A DNA stretch of 64,000 nucleotides, from the NCBI GenBank assembly GCA_034111045.1, contig JAWUYA010000007.1, forward strand, positions 9,134-73,133, written 5' to 3'. The DNA is from Colwellia sp. GTDB taxonomy: Bacteria > Pseudomonadota > Gammaproteobacteria > Enterobacterales > Alteromonadaceae. The notes under the pieces are model-generated. The model worked only from the letters and a program-made list of their open reading frames with translations, was not told where the DNA came from and did not search any database. The position numbers and the translations under genes are program-made. This document shows, one piece after another, positions 21,553-30,813 of the stretch. Numbering within the stretch: position 1 is the first letter of the stretch; each line of letters begins with the position of its first letter.

Positions 21553-22494
21553 TTAATTATCGATACTAAACAAAATTTGTGTCATACCATCTTCGCGTTC
21601 TACCAACAAAGACACTTCATTTTCTTGGCTTAACGCCATCATAGCTTGTGCAGCTTCACTCGGAGCAGTTAAGTCATAGCCATTCATTTGTACAGCAACA
21701 TCACCTGATTTTAACCCGGCGCGGTGGAAAAAAGCTGGATTTTTACCCGGCATTAAGCGATAGCCTACGATATTACCATCATCACGTTTGGGCATGATTT
21801 TTAAATAATCCGTTATTTTTCCAGGATCGAGACTAATATCCATTTTAAGAGTGCTCGCTTGTTGAGATAGTTCCCTATTGGATCTCATATCAACAATAGA
21901 AGGTGTTGCTTTTGCTGTAGTAGCTCTCTGATTGTTTGCAGGACTCACTTTTTTCTTAGGCAAATTTACTGAGCGCTTTTCATAATTCGAGCCCTCAATC
22001 ATCAAGGTTTCCATTCGTCCCGATTGCTTGATAAATACCCGATCAATGAATACCTGCTCTAATGTTGCTTTAGTGCCAGCGATCATATCATCAATACCGT
22101 AAGTGTTTTGTTGACCATCATTTTCAATAATAGCCGCAGATACGCTAAGGTCATTACTCGCCACGACAGCTGACAAGGTTAGCTTTAACCTTGTTTCTGG
22201 TGCATCTTCTATTTCAATCAGTTTTTCTGATGGTAACGCATTATACACTCCAAATAAGTGAAGTTTTTCTAATGCACTAATACTAACTGCTGTTGGTTTC
22301 TTCGTTGGTCTATTTTGGGAAGTTTCCATCTCTTGACTTGATACTTGCTCACTTGGCACAAACATCCAAGTAGCTTGTGCGGCTAAAGAGGCAATATAGA
22401 TCAGCAACATTGCACTGAGTGCTTTGGCTATTTGTTGTTGAGGAAGTTTAGCTATTACATCAGTTAATGAAGCTAAGTTATTCGGTAATTGCAT
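21553..22494 (-). CDS. gspC: type II secretion protein C (PDZ domain)
   Basis: It has an N-terminal TM helix and a C-terminal PDZ-like region (GYRLMPGKNPAFFHRAGLKSGDVAVQMNGYDL). It is the first gene of the operon. Confidence 0.85.
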   Translation of the reverse strand: MQLPNNLASLTDVIAKLPQQQIAKALSAMLLIYIASLAAQATWMFVPSEQVSSQEMETSQNRPTKKPTAVSISALEKLHLFGVYNALPSEKLIEIEDAPETRLKLTLSAVVASNDLSVSAAIIENDGQQNTYGIDDMIAGTKATLEQVFIDRVFIKQSGRMETLMIEGSNYEKRSVNLPKKKVSPANNQRATTAKATPSIVDMRSNRELSQQASTLKMDISLDPGKITDYLKIMPKRDDGNIVGYRLMPGKNPAFFHRAGLKSGDVAVQMNGYDLTAPSEAAQAMMALSQENEVSLLVEREDGMTQILFSIDN

Positions 22495-22507
22495 GTTACT
22501 TCTATTA

Positions 22508-22539
22508 TTAAGAGTTAAGAGTTAAGAGTTAAGAGTTAA
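22508..22539. repeat. tandem heptamer (TTAAGAG) about 4.6 copies, 14 nt upstream of the gspC start codon
   Basis: Read directly as ttaagag ttaagag ttaagag ttaagag ttaa. On the gspC sense strand the unit reads CTCTTAA. Confidence 0.9.
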
Positions 22540-22727
22540 ATTATTTGTCAATCATGTTGTACTTAGCTGTTATTAATTGGGTGTTATTAAAAATAAATAT
22601 ACTCTAGAATAATACTTGACCTAGGTTCAAGCAACAAGCACTGTCTAAAGTTTTTAACACTTTAATTTTCAAATGATAACTTTTAAGCCTGATACGGGCT
22701 TAACCGCATCACACAGAGGGTCTGATA

Positions 22728-23147
22728 GTGACAACAAAAAATAACACTAAGGTAGCTGATAACCACGCTATTCGACTTGATAAATGGCTTTGGGCCGCCA
22801 GGTTTTATAAAACTCGCGCCATTGCAAAGCAGATGATCGACGGCGGTAAAGTGTTTTATAATGGACAACGAACGAAATCTGGCAAAAGTGTAACTTTAGG
22901 TGACACCATCAAAATACGCCAAGGTTTTGATCAAAAAGAACTCACGGTAATGGCACTCGCAGATAAAAGAAGAGACGCAACGTTTGCCCTAACTTTGTAT
23001 AAAGAAACAACCGATAGCATAAAGATTAGAGAAAAAACATCACTTGCTCGCCAGCAGGGCATACTACTTAGCCCCGCAAGTGAGACTAAACCAGACAAAA
23101 AACAACGCCGACAAATACGGCAAATGAAAGAAGGATTTAATGAATAA
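22728..23147 (+). CDS. hslR: ribosome-associated heat shock protein Hsp15
   Basis: The S4-like RNA-binding domain reads IRLDKWLWAARFYKTRAIAKQMIDGGKVFYNGQRTK. It has a GTG start and lies immediately upstream of hslO as in E. coli. Confidence 0.9.
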   Translation: MTTKNNTKVADNHAIRLDKWLWAARFYKTRAIAKQMIDGGKVFYNGQRTKSGKSVTLGDTIKIRQGFDQKELTVMALADKRRDATFALTLYKETTDSIKIREKTSLARQQGILLSPASETKPDKKQRRQIRQMKEGFNE

Positions 23148-24022
23148 TGACTAGCCCAGATATTTTACACCGCTATCTATTTGATAACCGGCATGCTCGT
23201 GGGGAATTAGTACAATTATCCAATAGCTACAAGCAAAACATTGAAAAACATCACTACCCTTTGGGCGTGCGTATTTTGCTAGGTGAGTTGATGGCAGCCA
23301 CTTGTTTATTAACCGCCACCATTAAATTTGAAGGCGATATAACCGTGCAATTACAAGGTGATGGCCCAATCTCTTTTATTTCAATGAACGGTAATGATAA
23401 ACAAGAAATGCGTGGCATTGCCCGCTTAACTGAAAATACTGATGCCGCTGGCTTAAAGGCATTAATAGGTAAAGGTAATATGATCATTACCATACGACCT
23501 AAAAATGCCGAAGCTTATCAAGGTGTTGTTGCATTAGAAAAAGAAACATTAGCAGAATGTTTAGCCCATTATTTTGATGTGTCTGAACAAATCCCAACAA
23601 AAATCTGGTTGTTTAGTGACGATAAAAAGCAACAAGTCGCTGGTAGCTTAATTCAATTATTACCGGGCAGCGATGAGGCGAACGGCGGCGATAAAGAAAA
23701 ACAACAAAGTGACTTTGACCATTTATGTCAGTTAACCAATACTATTAAAGCCGAAGAAATATTCAATCTTGATGCCCAAAACTTGTTATATCGGCTATAC
23801 CATCAAGAACAAGTGAGATTGTTTGATCCCCAAGCCGTGTCTTTTGTTTGTGGTTGCTCGAGCGAGAAATGTTTAACGGCTATTGCCCAAATTGAACCTA
23901 GTGAGATAAAAGCGATTGTCGAAGAACAAGGCAATGTCTGCATGACTTGTGATTATTGTTTAACAACGTATGCCTTTGATGAGCCACAGCTCGCTAGTTA
24001 TATGGATGAGACCCAGCATTAA
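23147..24022 (+). CDS. hslO: redox-regulated chaperone Hsp33
   Basis: The C-terminal zinc centre CGCS...C and CxxC (FVCGCSSEKC, CMTCDYC) is present. It is 291 aa and its ATG overlaps the hslR stop. Confidence 0.9.
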   Translation: MTSPDILHRYLFDNRHARGELVQLSNSYKQNIEKHHYPLGVRILLGELMAATCLLTATIKFEGDITVQLQGDGPISFISMNGNDKQEMRGIARLTENTDAAGLKALIGKGNMIITIRPKNAEAYQGVVALEKETLAECLAHYFDVSEQIPTKIWLFSDDKKQQVAGSLIQLLPGSDEANGGDKEKQQSDFDHLCQLTNTIKAEEIFNLDAQNLLYRLYHQEQVRLFDPQAVSFVCGCSSEKCLTAIAQIEPSEIKAIVEEQGNVCMTCDYCLTTYAFDEPQLASYMDETQH

Positions 24023-24132
24023 CTTTAATGGTCATTTCTATAGCGTAAAATAAAAATCAGGCCCTTAGCACTTACCAACATTAGATACTGATAAGTGCAG
24101 CTGACAAAAAACAACATCTAAAAGGAAAAACA

Positions 24133-24552
24133 ATGCTTCAATTAGAACATATAAATTTAGTCGTCAGTGATATTCCTGCCATGCTTAAATTTTATCAAGT
24201 TGCCTTTCCCCACTGGTTTGTTCGAGACCAAGGCCATGACGAGTGGAATGGCAAACCACGTCAATGGCTTCACTTCGGTGACGACTATCAATACATTGCG
24301 ATGAATGATCACGGTGAAGGGCAAAATAGAGAATTATCAGGACACCAAGTTGGCCTCGCCCATTTTGCCTATGTCACTTCAAATTTAACCGCGGTTATCA
24401 CTCGCTTGCAAAAAGCTGGATTCAATGTCGCTAAAGATGGCGCTGTAAACTCTCATCGTCAAAATATTTATTTTATCGACCCCGCAGGCTTTGAGGTCGA
24501 GTTTGTGCAATACCTCAGTGATATTCCTGCTGAACGTAACAGCACGCAATAA
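24133..24552 (+). CDS. VOC (glyoxalase/bleomycin-resistance/dioxygenase) family protein
   Basis: The N-terminus LEHINLVVSD and the C-terminus DPAGFEVEF are typical VOC beta-alpha-beta-beta-beta module ends. It is 139 aa. Confidence 0.6.
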   Translation: MLQLEHINLVVSDIPAMLKFYQVAFPHWFVRDQGHDEWNGKPRQWLHFGDDYQYIAMNDHGEGQNRELSGHQVGLAHFAYVTSNLTAVITRLQKAGFNVAKDGAVNSHRQNIYFIDPAGFEVEFVQYLSDIPAERNSTQ

Positions 24553-24705
24553 ACCAAACGAGCCTGCTGGGGAATCAATTTATATGCGCTATTGATATGG
24601 ATAAAACGAGCAGATGGTGAGCCTATGTCTCACCTAGCCATTATATCAGCCCTTGGTTAAATATATGTAATAACACCTGAACACAATCTTGGGCAGTTAA
24701 TTTAG

Positions 24706-25593
24706 CTAATATTTATGAGTGAGCTTAATTTTTTGCAAACTCACTATCGCCATGCCTGTTAAAATTAATCCCCCAGATATAACCAAGTCATTCGTTAACG
24801 TTTCATTGATAAAAACAACCCCTCCAAAAGCAGTAATGAGAGGCACAGCTAACTGAGAAATAGCCGCTTGGGTGATCGATAAATGCCTTAATGCAAAATA
24901 CCAGACGCTATAACCAAGAGCGGATGCCACAGAGCCAGACGCCACGGCATAGCAAACGCCTTGCCAACTCATTGAATACAGCGATAAACTGATAAACAAA
25001 AAAACTAAAGCGATAGGAACACAACGAATAAAGTTTTCTGCGTTGAGTACAATAGGCTCTGCTGCGTTTCTTCCGACCAAGGTATAAAATGCCCAAGCCA
25101 TACCAGCAATCACCATTAAGATAAAACCACTAATAGCCGGTTGCGTTGCGCTAGGTAACATCAGTAGTATAAAGCCTACAAATGAAATGAATAGACCCAA
25201 CCACTCGATAATATATAAACGATAACCTCTAAATACGCTAACCCCAATCATAAAAAACTGCACGCTAGCAAAGAGTATTAACGCGCCACTGGCCGTATGT
25301 AATTGCACGTAAGCAAAAGAAAAAAATGCGGCGTAAGTAAATAACATGGCTGAGGCAAACCAACCTTTGGTATTAGCGACACTAAAAATATGTCGAGCCG
25401 AAAGTTTTTTGGTATTGGTAAGTAAGATAACAATAACGCTTAACGTAATAGCACCCGATAACATGCGCATACCGGTAAAACCAGCAGGGTCAATACGTGC
25501 ATCACCTAAAGCAAGACGACATAAAACTGAATTTGACGCAAAGGCAATTAATGCCGAGCAAGTAGTGAATATGATTAAGCGGGCTGAAGGCAT
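24706..25593 (-). CDS. DMT superfamily (EamA-like) transporter
   Basis: It has about 10 predicted TM helices in 295 aa and a duplicated EamA-like organisation. Confidence 0.65.
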   Translation of the reverse strand: MPSARLIIFTTCSALIAFASNSVLCRLALGDARIDPAGFTGMRMLSGAITLSVIVILLTNTKKLSARHIFSVANTKGWFASAMLFTYAAFFSFAYVQLHTASGALILFASVQFFMIGVSVFRGYRLYIIEWLGLFISFVGFILLMLPSATQPAISGFILMVIAGMAWAFYTLVGRNAAEPIVLNAENFIRCVPIALVFLFISLSLYSMSWQGVCYAVASGSVASALGYSVWYFALRHLSITQAAISQLAVPLITAFGGVVFINETLTNDLVISGGLILTGMAIVSLQKIKLTHKY

Positions 25594-25817
25594 GACTTTT
25601 TCTCTTTAATGACTCAGTTATCAACAATAACCACAGTGACTAATTGACTTTCAAGCTGCCCTTTAACTTGGTTAGAGCAAAGCATATCGAAATGATTAGC
25701 TATTGTCGCAGTAATAACAACGCCAAGAATATCCAGGAAGAGTATCAGAGTTTACCGGTTTCAAATATGGAAAATAGGCAGTATGTGAAGGAAAATACTC
25801 ACCTTGATAAGAATATT

Positions 25818-25858
25818 GGTCACAATTGTACCGTTTAAATTAAGGTAAAATTGTGACC
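25818..25858 (-). terminator. hairpin downstream of hupB (possible terminator)
   Basis: GGTCACAATT-N21-AATTGTGACC forms a 10-bp perfect stem starting 8 nt after the hupB stop. There is no clear U-tract. Confidence 0.35.
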
Positions 25859-25866
25859 AGACATGA

Positions 25867-26142
25867 CTAAACGTTAACAGCGTCTTTCAATGCTTTACCT
25901 GCTTTAAATGCAGGTACTTTGGCCGCAGCAATTTGGATCTCTGCACCGGTTTGAGGGTTACGACCAGTGCGGGCTGCACGGTCATTTACTTTGTAAGTAC
26001 CAAAACCAACTAAGGCAACATCACCACCACTAGCTAGTTCCGCTGTTACTGAACCAATTAAACTATCTAACGCACGAGCTGCTGAAGCTTTCGAGATGTC
26101 TGCGCCTTCAGCCATTTTTGCTACTAATTCACTTTTGTTCAT
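25867..26142 (-). CDS. hupB: DNA-binding protein HU (beta-like)
   Basis: [19 protein letters not shown]...[49 protein letters not shown] is near-identical in motif content to E. coli HupB. Confidence 0.9.
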   Translation of the reverse strand: MNKSELVAKMAEGADISKASAARALDSLIGSVTAELASGGDVALVGFGTYKVNDRAARTGRNPQTGAEIQIAAAKVPAFKAGKALKDAVNV

Positions 26143-26562
26143 TACTTGTAATCCTTAATTATTATTTTGTAACCAACATACTAAGAAATAATAGTTAATT
26201 GAGCAATAGAAATTGCCTTTTACCTGACATTAATTAATAGTTAACATTAATTTTTACTGTTATATTTAACTTATCTTCTGATTTATTTTTATTTCACACA
26301 TTCGGTCTGAGCGCTTAAATATAACCTATCACCTCTAGTTTACCTGTCTCTGTTGTAATATAAAGCACAGTGGAGTTGGCTAAAGCTTTGCGAAAATCGC
26401 CAAAATAAAAAGTCATTATGGATTTTAAAGTCATTATTTTATCGCGCGATTTTAATATAACCAATCAATCTAGGGTCTACCTAGTATTAGCGATTACATA
26501 ATAAGTACTGAGGATGACTGAGGATTTACTCAAATGAAACCGTATTAAATATAAACTGAGTT

Positions 26563-26594
26563 AAAAAAAGCCTTCACATTTCTGCAAAGGCTTT
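26563..26594 (-). terminator. intrinsic terminator of rnpB
   Basis: The minus strand reads AAAGCCTT-tgcagaaatgtg-AAGGCTTT followed by TTTTTTT, directly after the rnpB 3' end. Confidence 0.7.
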
Positions 26595-26602
26595 ATCTTG
26601 AA

Positions 26603-27016
26603 TAAGTGAGCTGACCGTAAGCCGGGTTTTGTCTAGGACAATCATTCGTCTAGGCCTTAAATCGCTCTAAGGCTCAAGCAACCTACCCGGTTTCCACGCG
26701 AGCCACGCTTATACTATTGAAACTTTCGTTAAAATAGTCATGAAACCCTATTTGGTCTTGCTCCGGGTGGAGTTTACCCTGCAACCAACTGTTACCAGTG
26801 GTCCGGTGCGCTCTTACCGCACCCTTTCAGCCTTACCTGTTCCTCTTGCGAGGCCATCGGCGGTCTTCTCTCTGCTGCACTTGTCGTCGGCTTGCGCCGC
26901 CCAGGCGTTACCTGGCACCCTGCTCATTGGAGCCCGGACTTTCCTCCCCTTTACCCGTATACCTTCAGCTTACACCTCAGATACCACGATAAAGCAGCGA
27001 TTGTCTGGTCAACTCG
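26603..27016 (-). ncRNA. rnpB: RNase P RNA, bacterial type A
   Basis: The reverse complement contains the universally conserved GGGGAGGAAAGUCCGGGCUCC and GCAGGGUGCCAGGUAACGCCUGGG. It also contains GAAAGGGUGCGGUAAGAGCGCACC, GGUAAACUCCACCCGGAGCAAG and CCCGGCUUACGGUCAG. The 5' GAGUUGACC pairs with the 3' GGUCAGCUC to form P1. End positions are approximate. Confidence 0.95.
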
Positions 27017-27066
27017 GGGCGCATTCTACCTCTTGAGTCTACTTGGAGCAAGTAGAAGCTCAAGCA

Positions 27067-28248
27067 CTAATGGAGAGAAGCAACAATTTCTCTAAAAAAT
27101 GCGATGGTTTCTAACTTTGAATTTCGTTTATCTGAAAAATGTTTATCGGCACTATTTTTAACAATGATCATATTTTCTTGTTGGTTAACATAAATATATT
27201 GGCCATAAACTCCCACGCAGAAAAACTCGCCAGCAATGGCCTCTGGTGGTAACCAAATTTGAAAACCATAACCGAGTTTATTTTCACCTGATTTCAAATA
27301 GTCTGCTCCTGCTGTAGTCGATGCCTTTAACCAACGTTTAGACACTAACTGCTCACCGTTCCAGTTACCATTATTTAATAGTAACCGACCAAAACGAGCA
27401 TAATCACTCGTAATAACATTCAAGCCACCTAGCGCAAAAGCGGCACCTTTTGAGTCAGTGATCCAAGCGGCATCACTTTCCATACCAATTTTATTCCAAA
27501 TACTCTCTTGTAATAATTGGACTAATGATTGGCCGCTAACTCTTCTTATAATCATACCAATGACATGAGTGTCCATACTGACATAATGAAAGACTTTTCC
27601 TGGTTCAGAGTCACCTTCAAGCCCGGTCGTCATTTCATCGAGCGAACCACCAACAGCCAATACTCGGCCCATTTTATTAATATCTGAATTGAAATCATGA
27701 TAATTTTCATCCCATTTAACACCGGAAGACATTTGTAACACATTTATCACTTTAACGTTTTCATAACCAGATCCTTTCATTTCAGGCAGGTAAAAACTCA
27801 CCTTTTTGTCAATATCAATTTTCCCGGCATCCACTTGCATACCAAATAATACTGAAACAAAAGATTTGGCCATTGACCAAGAAATACGTTTATCGTTACT
27901 TTTAGTACCTAAGTAATAGTTTTCAAAAGTAACTTCATCATTTTTAATGACCATAAGTGCGGTAGTTGCACGACGTTTAAGAAAGTCATTCACAACTACC
28001 TCTTCTTTTCGGTAGGTAAAAATTTTAGGCAGGTCTTTGCTTGCTTGGTTGAATTGAAACGTTTGGCCTGTTTTTAAAATGGGTAGGGAGAGAATCGCCT
28101 GTTCCATATTTGAAAAATTACCAACAATTTTCTCTTGATCAAAGAGCGTAATAACGGCGTGTAACCTATAAAGTTTTTGCCAATTAAACAAGGCTATAAT
28201 GGTGAGTAAAACAACAAGTGAAATAATTATATTTTTAATAGTGTGCAT
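27067..28248 (-). CDS. serine hydrolase, beta-lactamase/esterase (class C-like) family, membrane-anchored
   Basis: An N-terminal TM helix is present. The SxxK motif (SMAKS, within SWSMAKSF) is present. Size and motif layout resemble AmpC-like esterases/PBPs. Confidence 0.65.
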   Translation of the reverse strand: MHTIKNIIISLVVLLTIIALFNWQKLYRLHAVITLFDQEKIVGNFSNMEQAILSLPILKTGQTFQFNQASKDLPKIFTYRKEEVVVNDFLKRRATTALMVIKNDEVTFENYYLGTKSNDKRISWSMAKSFVSVLFGMQVDAGKIDIDKKVSFYLPEMKGSGYENVKVINVLQMSSGVKWDENYHDFNSDINKMGRVLAVGGSLDEMTTGLEGDSEPGKVFHYVSMDTHVIGMIIRRVSGQSLVQLLQESIWNKIGMESDAAWITDSKGAAFALGGLNVITSDYARFGRLLLNNGNWNGEQLVSKRWLKASTTAGADYLKSGENKLGYGFQIWLPPEAIAGEFFCVGVYGQYIYVNQQENMIIVKNSADKHFSDKRNSKLETIAFFREIVASLH

Positions 28249-28286
28249 CTCCGCTCTTTATTTAATGCTAATTACAATAACTTATT

Positions 28287-29204
28287 TTACACTTTTTGTA
28301 ACTCTTCTAAATAAGCATCCAAGATCAAATTACTGCGAGCGCTTTTACTGGTAATTGCTGAAAATTTGGTATAAAAGTTACGACCATGGGCTTCGATAGT
28401 GCGAATTTTATCCTGAGCTACCCAGCGCTTAGCAAAGTGCGTAGGTAAAAAACCAATAAAACGTCCGGTTAAAATCAAAAATGCAATACCTTCTCGATCT
28501 GTTGATGAGGCCGTCGCTTTTAGTTTTCGTTGTTGCTGTTTGATCTTCGGTGATTGTGGATAGCTAGGTACAACGGCATCATATTCAGCCAAAGCTTCAT
28601 CACTTATTTCATCTAAATCTTGTTTAAATAACGGATGCTGATCACTGCAATATAATAACGATTGCTCTTTATATAACGGGGCATAAATTAGCCCCGGTAG
28701 CGTCCGTAATTCAGGCACCACACCAATATGCAATTGACTATTTAACACACCACTTTCTATGTCGTTAGGTGGCATCATTCTGATATTAATCACTACGTCA
28801 GGCGCGCGGTGCTTTAGTGCACTTAATGCTTTGGTAATGCTCATTTTTTCGATGGTGACTAAATTATCAGTGATCCCTATATTTAACTCACCAACTAAAT
28901 CCGTATTAATGGCATTAATTTCAGCTCGAAAATTTTCAATACTGCCTAACAGGTGCATAGCTGATTGATAGACTTGCTCTCCTTGAGGAGTAATCGAGAA
29001 CCCTGAACGGCCACGATTACATAGCTTCATACTCAACAATGACTCCAGCTCAGAGATCGCTAAGCTGATCGCTGGCCGACTAATATTGAGCTCAACTTCT
29101 GCGGCGGCAAAGCCTCCCGATTCAATAACAACCCGATAAATGCGTAACAAACGAACATGGGCATCACCCAACTGCCGAGGTAATAAGTTTTTATTTTTGG
29201 TCAT
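28287..29204 (-). CDS. LysR-family transcriptional regulator (divergent from the aminotransferase operon)
   Basis: The N-terminal wHTH reads FAAAEVELNISRPAISLAISELE, followed by a C-terminal substrate-binding domain. ATG at 29204 is preferred over the TTG at 29216. Confidence 0.85.
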   Translation of the reverse strand: MTKNKNLLPRQLGDAHVRLLRIYRVVIESGGFAAAEVELNISRPAISLAISELESLLSMKLCNRGRSGFSITPQGEQVYQSAMHLLGSIENFRAEINAINTDLVGELNIGITDNLVTIEKMSITKALSALKHRAPDVVINIRMMPPNDIESGVLNSQLHIGVVPELRTLPGLIYAPLYKEQSLLYCSDQHPLFKQDLDEISDEALAEYDAVVPSYPQSPKIKQQQRKLKATASSTDREGIAFLILTGRFIGFLPTHFAKRWVAQDKIRTIEAHGRNFYTKFSAITSKSARSNLILDAYLEELQKV

Positions 29205-29270
29205 ATCAATCCTCAATCATTTAAAGATAAACAAGGCTAAATTCTGATTAAATAGGGATAAAGCCTTAGG

Positions 29271-29284
29271 TAAGTAATTACTTA
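29271..29284. promoter_or_regulatory. perfect 14-bp palindrome TAAGTAATTACTTA, candidate LysR-type operator
   Basis: The palindrome was read directly. It lies in the 189-bp divergent intergenic region between the LysR gene and the aminotransferase gene. Confidence 0.3.
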
Positions 29285-29393
29285 ACTTAACTTTAAAAAC
29301 ATTAGCTTTAATAACCTATTAAATCATTGATAATGAGTCCAAGCAATCGCCATAGGCGAAAAAAGTAACCTGAATAAATGCTGAGGCAATCAT

Positions 29394-30749
29394 ATGACTA
29401 ACAACAAAATAGACAACCACGGTATTAGCCAAGCACAACTTGACGCACACTGGATGCCATTTACCGGTAACCGTGAATTTAAGAAAGACCCCCGTATTAT
29501 CGTATCAGCTAAAGGTAACTACTATACCGACAGTGATGGTCGACAAATCTTTGATGGCCTTTCAGGACTGTGGACATGTGGCGCAGGTCATGCCCGACCG
29601 GAGATCACTGAAGCGGTAAGCAAACAAGTGGCCACCTTAGACTATTCGCCGGCCTTTCAATTTGGTCACCCTAAGTCATTTGAATTAGCGCACCGTATTA
29701 CCCAATTAATGCCCGAGGGCTTAAACCGAGTATTTTTTACTGGCTCGGGATCTGAGTCAGTAGAAACCGCATTAAAAATTGCGCGAGGTTACTGGCGTAA
29801 AAAAGGCATGGCCAGTAAAACCCGTTTTATTGGCCGTGCCAAAGGTTATCACGGCGTTAACTTCGGCGGGATTAGTGTCGGTGGTATTAACCCTAATCGG
29901 GCAATGTATGGTCAAGGTATAGAAGCGAGTCATCTACCGCATACGATGATCAGTGAGAACAAGTATTCCAAAGGGATGCCGACACAAGGTGCAAATTTAG
30001 CCGATGAATTAGAAGAAATGGTTGCCTTATATGATGCATCAAATATTGCGGCAGTAATTGTTGAGCCGCTTGCCGGCTCAACAGGAGTTATCCCACCGCC
30101 AGTAGGTTATTTGAAACGTTTGCGTGAACTTTGCACTAAACATAATATTTTATTAATTTTTGATGAAGTTATTACTGCCTTTGGTCGTATGGGCGCAAAT
30201 ACAGGAGCAGAAGAGTTTGGTGTAACGCCTGATTTAATGACGGTGGCAAAACAACTCACCAATGGTGTTATTCCTATGGGTGCAGTTATAGCTAAGCAAG
30301 AGATTTACGATACGTTTATAGAAACAGGAGGGCCTGAGTACATGTTAGAGTTGCCCCATGGTTATACCTATTCAGCTCACCCTGTGGCTTGTGCCGCAGC
30401 ATTGGCCTCATTAGATATTTTAGCAAATGATCGTTTACCCGAGCGTGTTAAATCAATTGCCCCCTATTTCCAAGAAGCATTACATGGTTTGAAAGGGTCA
30501 AACCATATTATCGACATTCGTAACTACGGTTTAGCCGGTGCGGTAAGTATTGCTCCCTTTGGTGCTGAACAAGGCAAAGCAGAACCAGCCAAACGTCCTT
30601 ACGAGATAGGCATGAAAATGTGGCAAAAAGGTTTTTATGTTCGCTACGGCGGTGATACCGTTCAGCTAGGGCTACCTTTTACCACGGAATTATCTGAGAT
30701 TGACAGTATAGTAAATGCTCTAGGTGAAACACTGAGCGAAATTAATTAA
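29394..30749 (+). CDS. class III (omega) aminotransferase, beta-alanine:pyruvate transaminase-like
   Basis: PLP class III motifs are present (FTGSGSESVETALK, IFDEVITAFGRMG, and TVAKQLTNG carrying the Schiff-base Lys). It is 451 aa and is adjacent to a (methyl)malonate-semialdehyde dehydrogenase gene. Confidence 0.8.
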   Translation: MTNNKIDNHGISQAQLDAHWMPFTGNREFKKDPRIIVSAKGNYYTDSDGRQIFDGLSGLWTCGAGHARPEITEAVSKQVATLDYSPAFQFGHPKSFELAHRITQLMPEGLNRVFFTGSGSESVETALKIARGYWRKKGMASKTRFIGRAKGYHGVNFGGISVGGINPNRAMYGQGIEASHLPHTMISENKYSKGMPTQGANLADELEEMVALYDASNIAAVIVEPLAGSTGVIPPPVGYLKRLRELCTKHNILLIFDEVITAFGRMGANTGAEEFGVTPDLMTVAKQLTNGVIPMGAVIAKQEIYDTFIETGGPEYMLELPHGYTYSAHPVACAAALASLDILANDRLPERVKSIAPYFQEALHGLKGSNHIIDIRNYGLAGAVSIAPFGAEQGKAEPAKRPYEIGMKMWQKGFYVRYGGDTVQLGLPFTTELSEIDSIVNALGETLSEIN

Positions 30750-30813
30750 CACAGAGTGGTTTTGATGAAAAATCAAAAATATTCAAAAAATTTATCAATT
30801 TAAGGAAGACAAA

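Noticed and set aside
22616-22630. Near-palindrome TTGACCTAGGTTCAA in the gspC-hslR intergenic region as an FNR/CRP-family site or a sigma32 -35 element
   Set aside because: The half-site spacing is one base off the FNR consensus. I could not find a matching CCCCAT-type -10 element for sigma32. The evidence is too weak.
26409-26515. Short direct repeats downstream of rnpB / upstream of hupB (AAAGTCATTAT x2 with 18-bp period; ACTGAGGAT x2 with 10-bp period)
   Set aside because: There are only two copies each in an AT-rich 460-bp spacer. They are indistinguishable from chance or minor duplication without comparative data.
26740-27095. Three overlapping plus-strand ORFs (98, 64 and 67 aa) in a GC-rich patch
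   Set aside because: They lie entirely within or antisense to the RNase P RNA gene. The GC-richness and open frames are by-products of the structured RNA.
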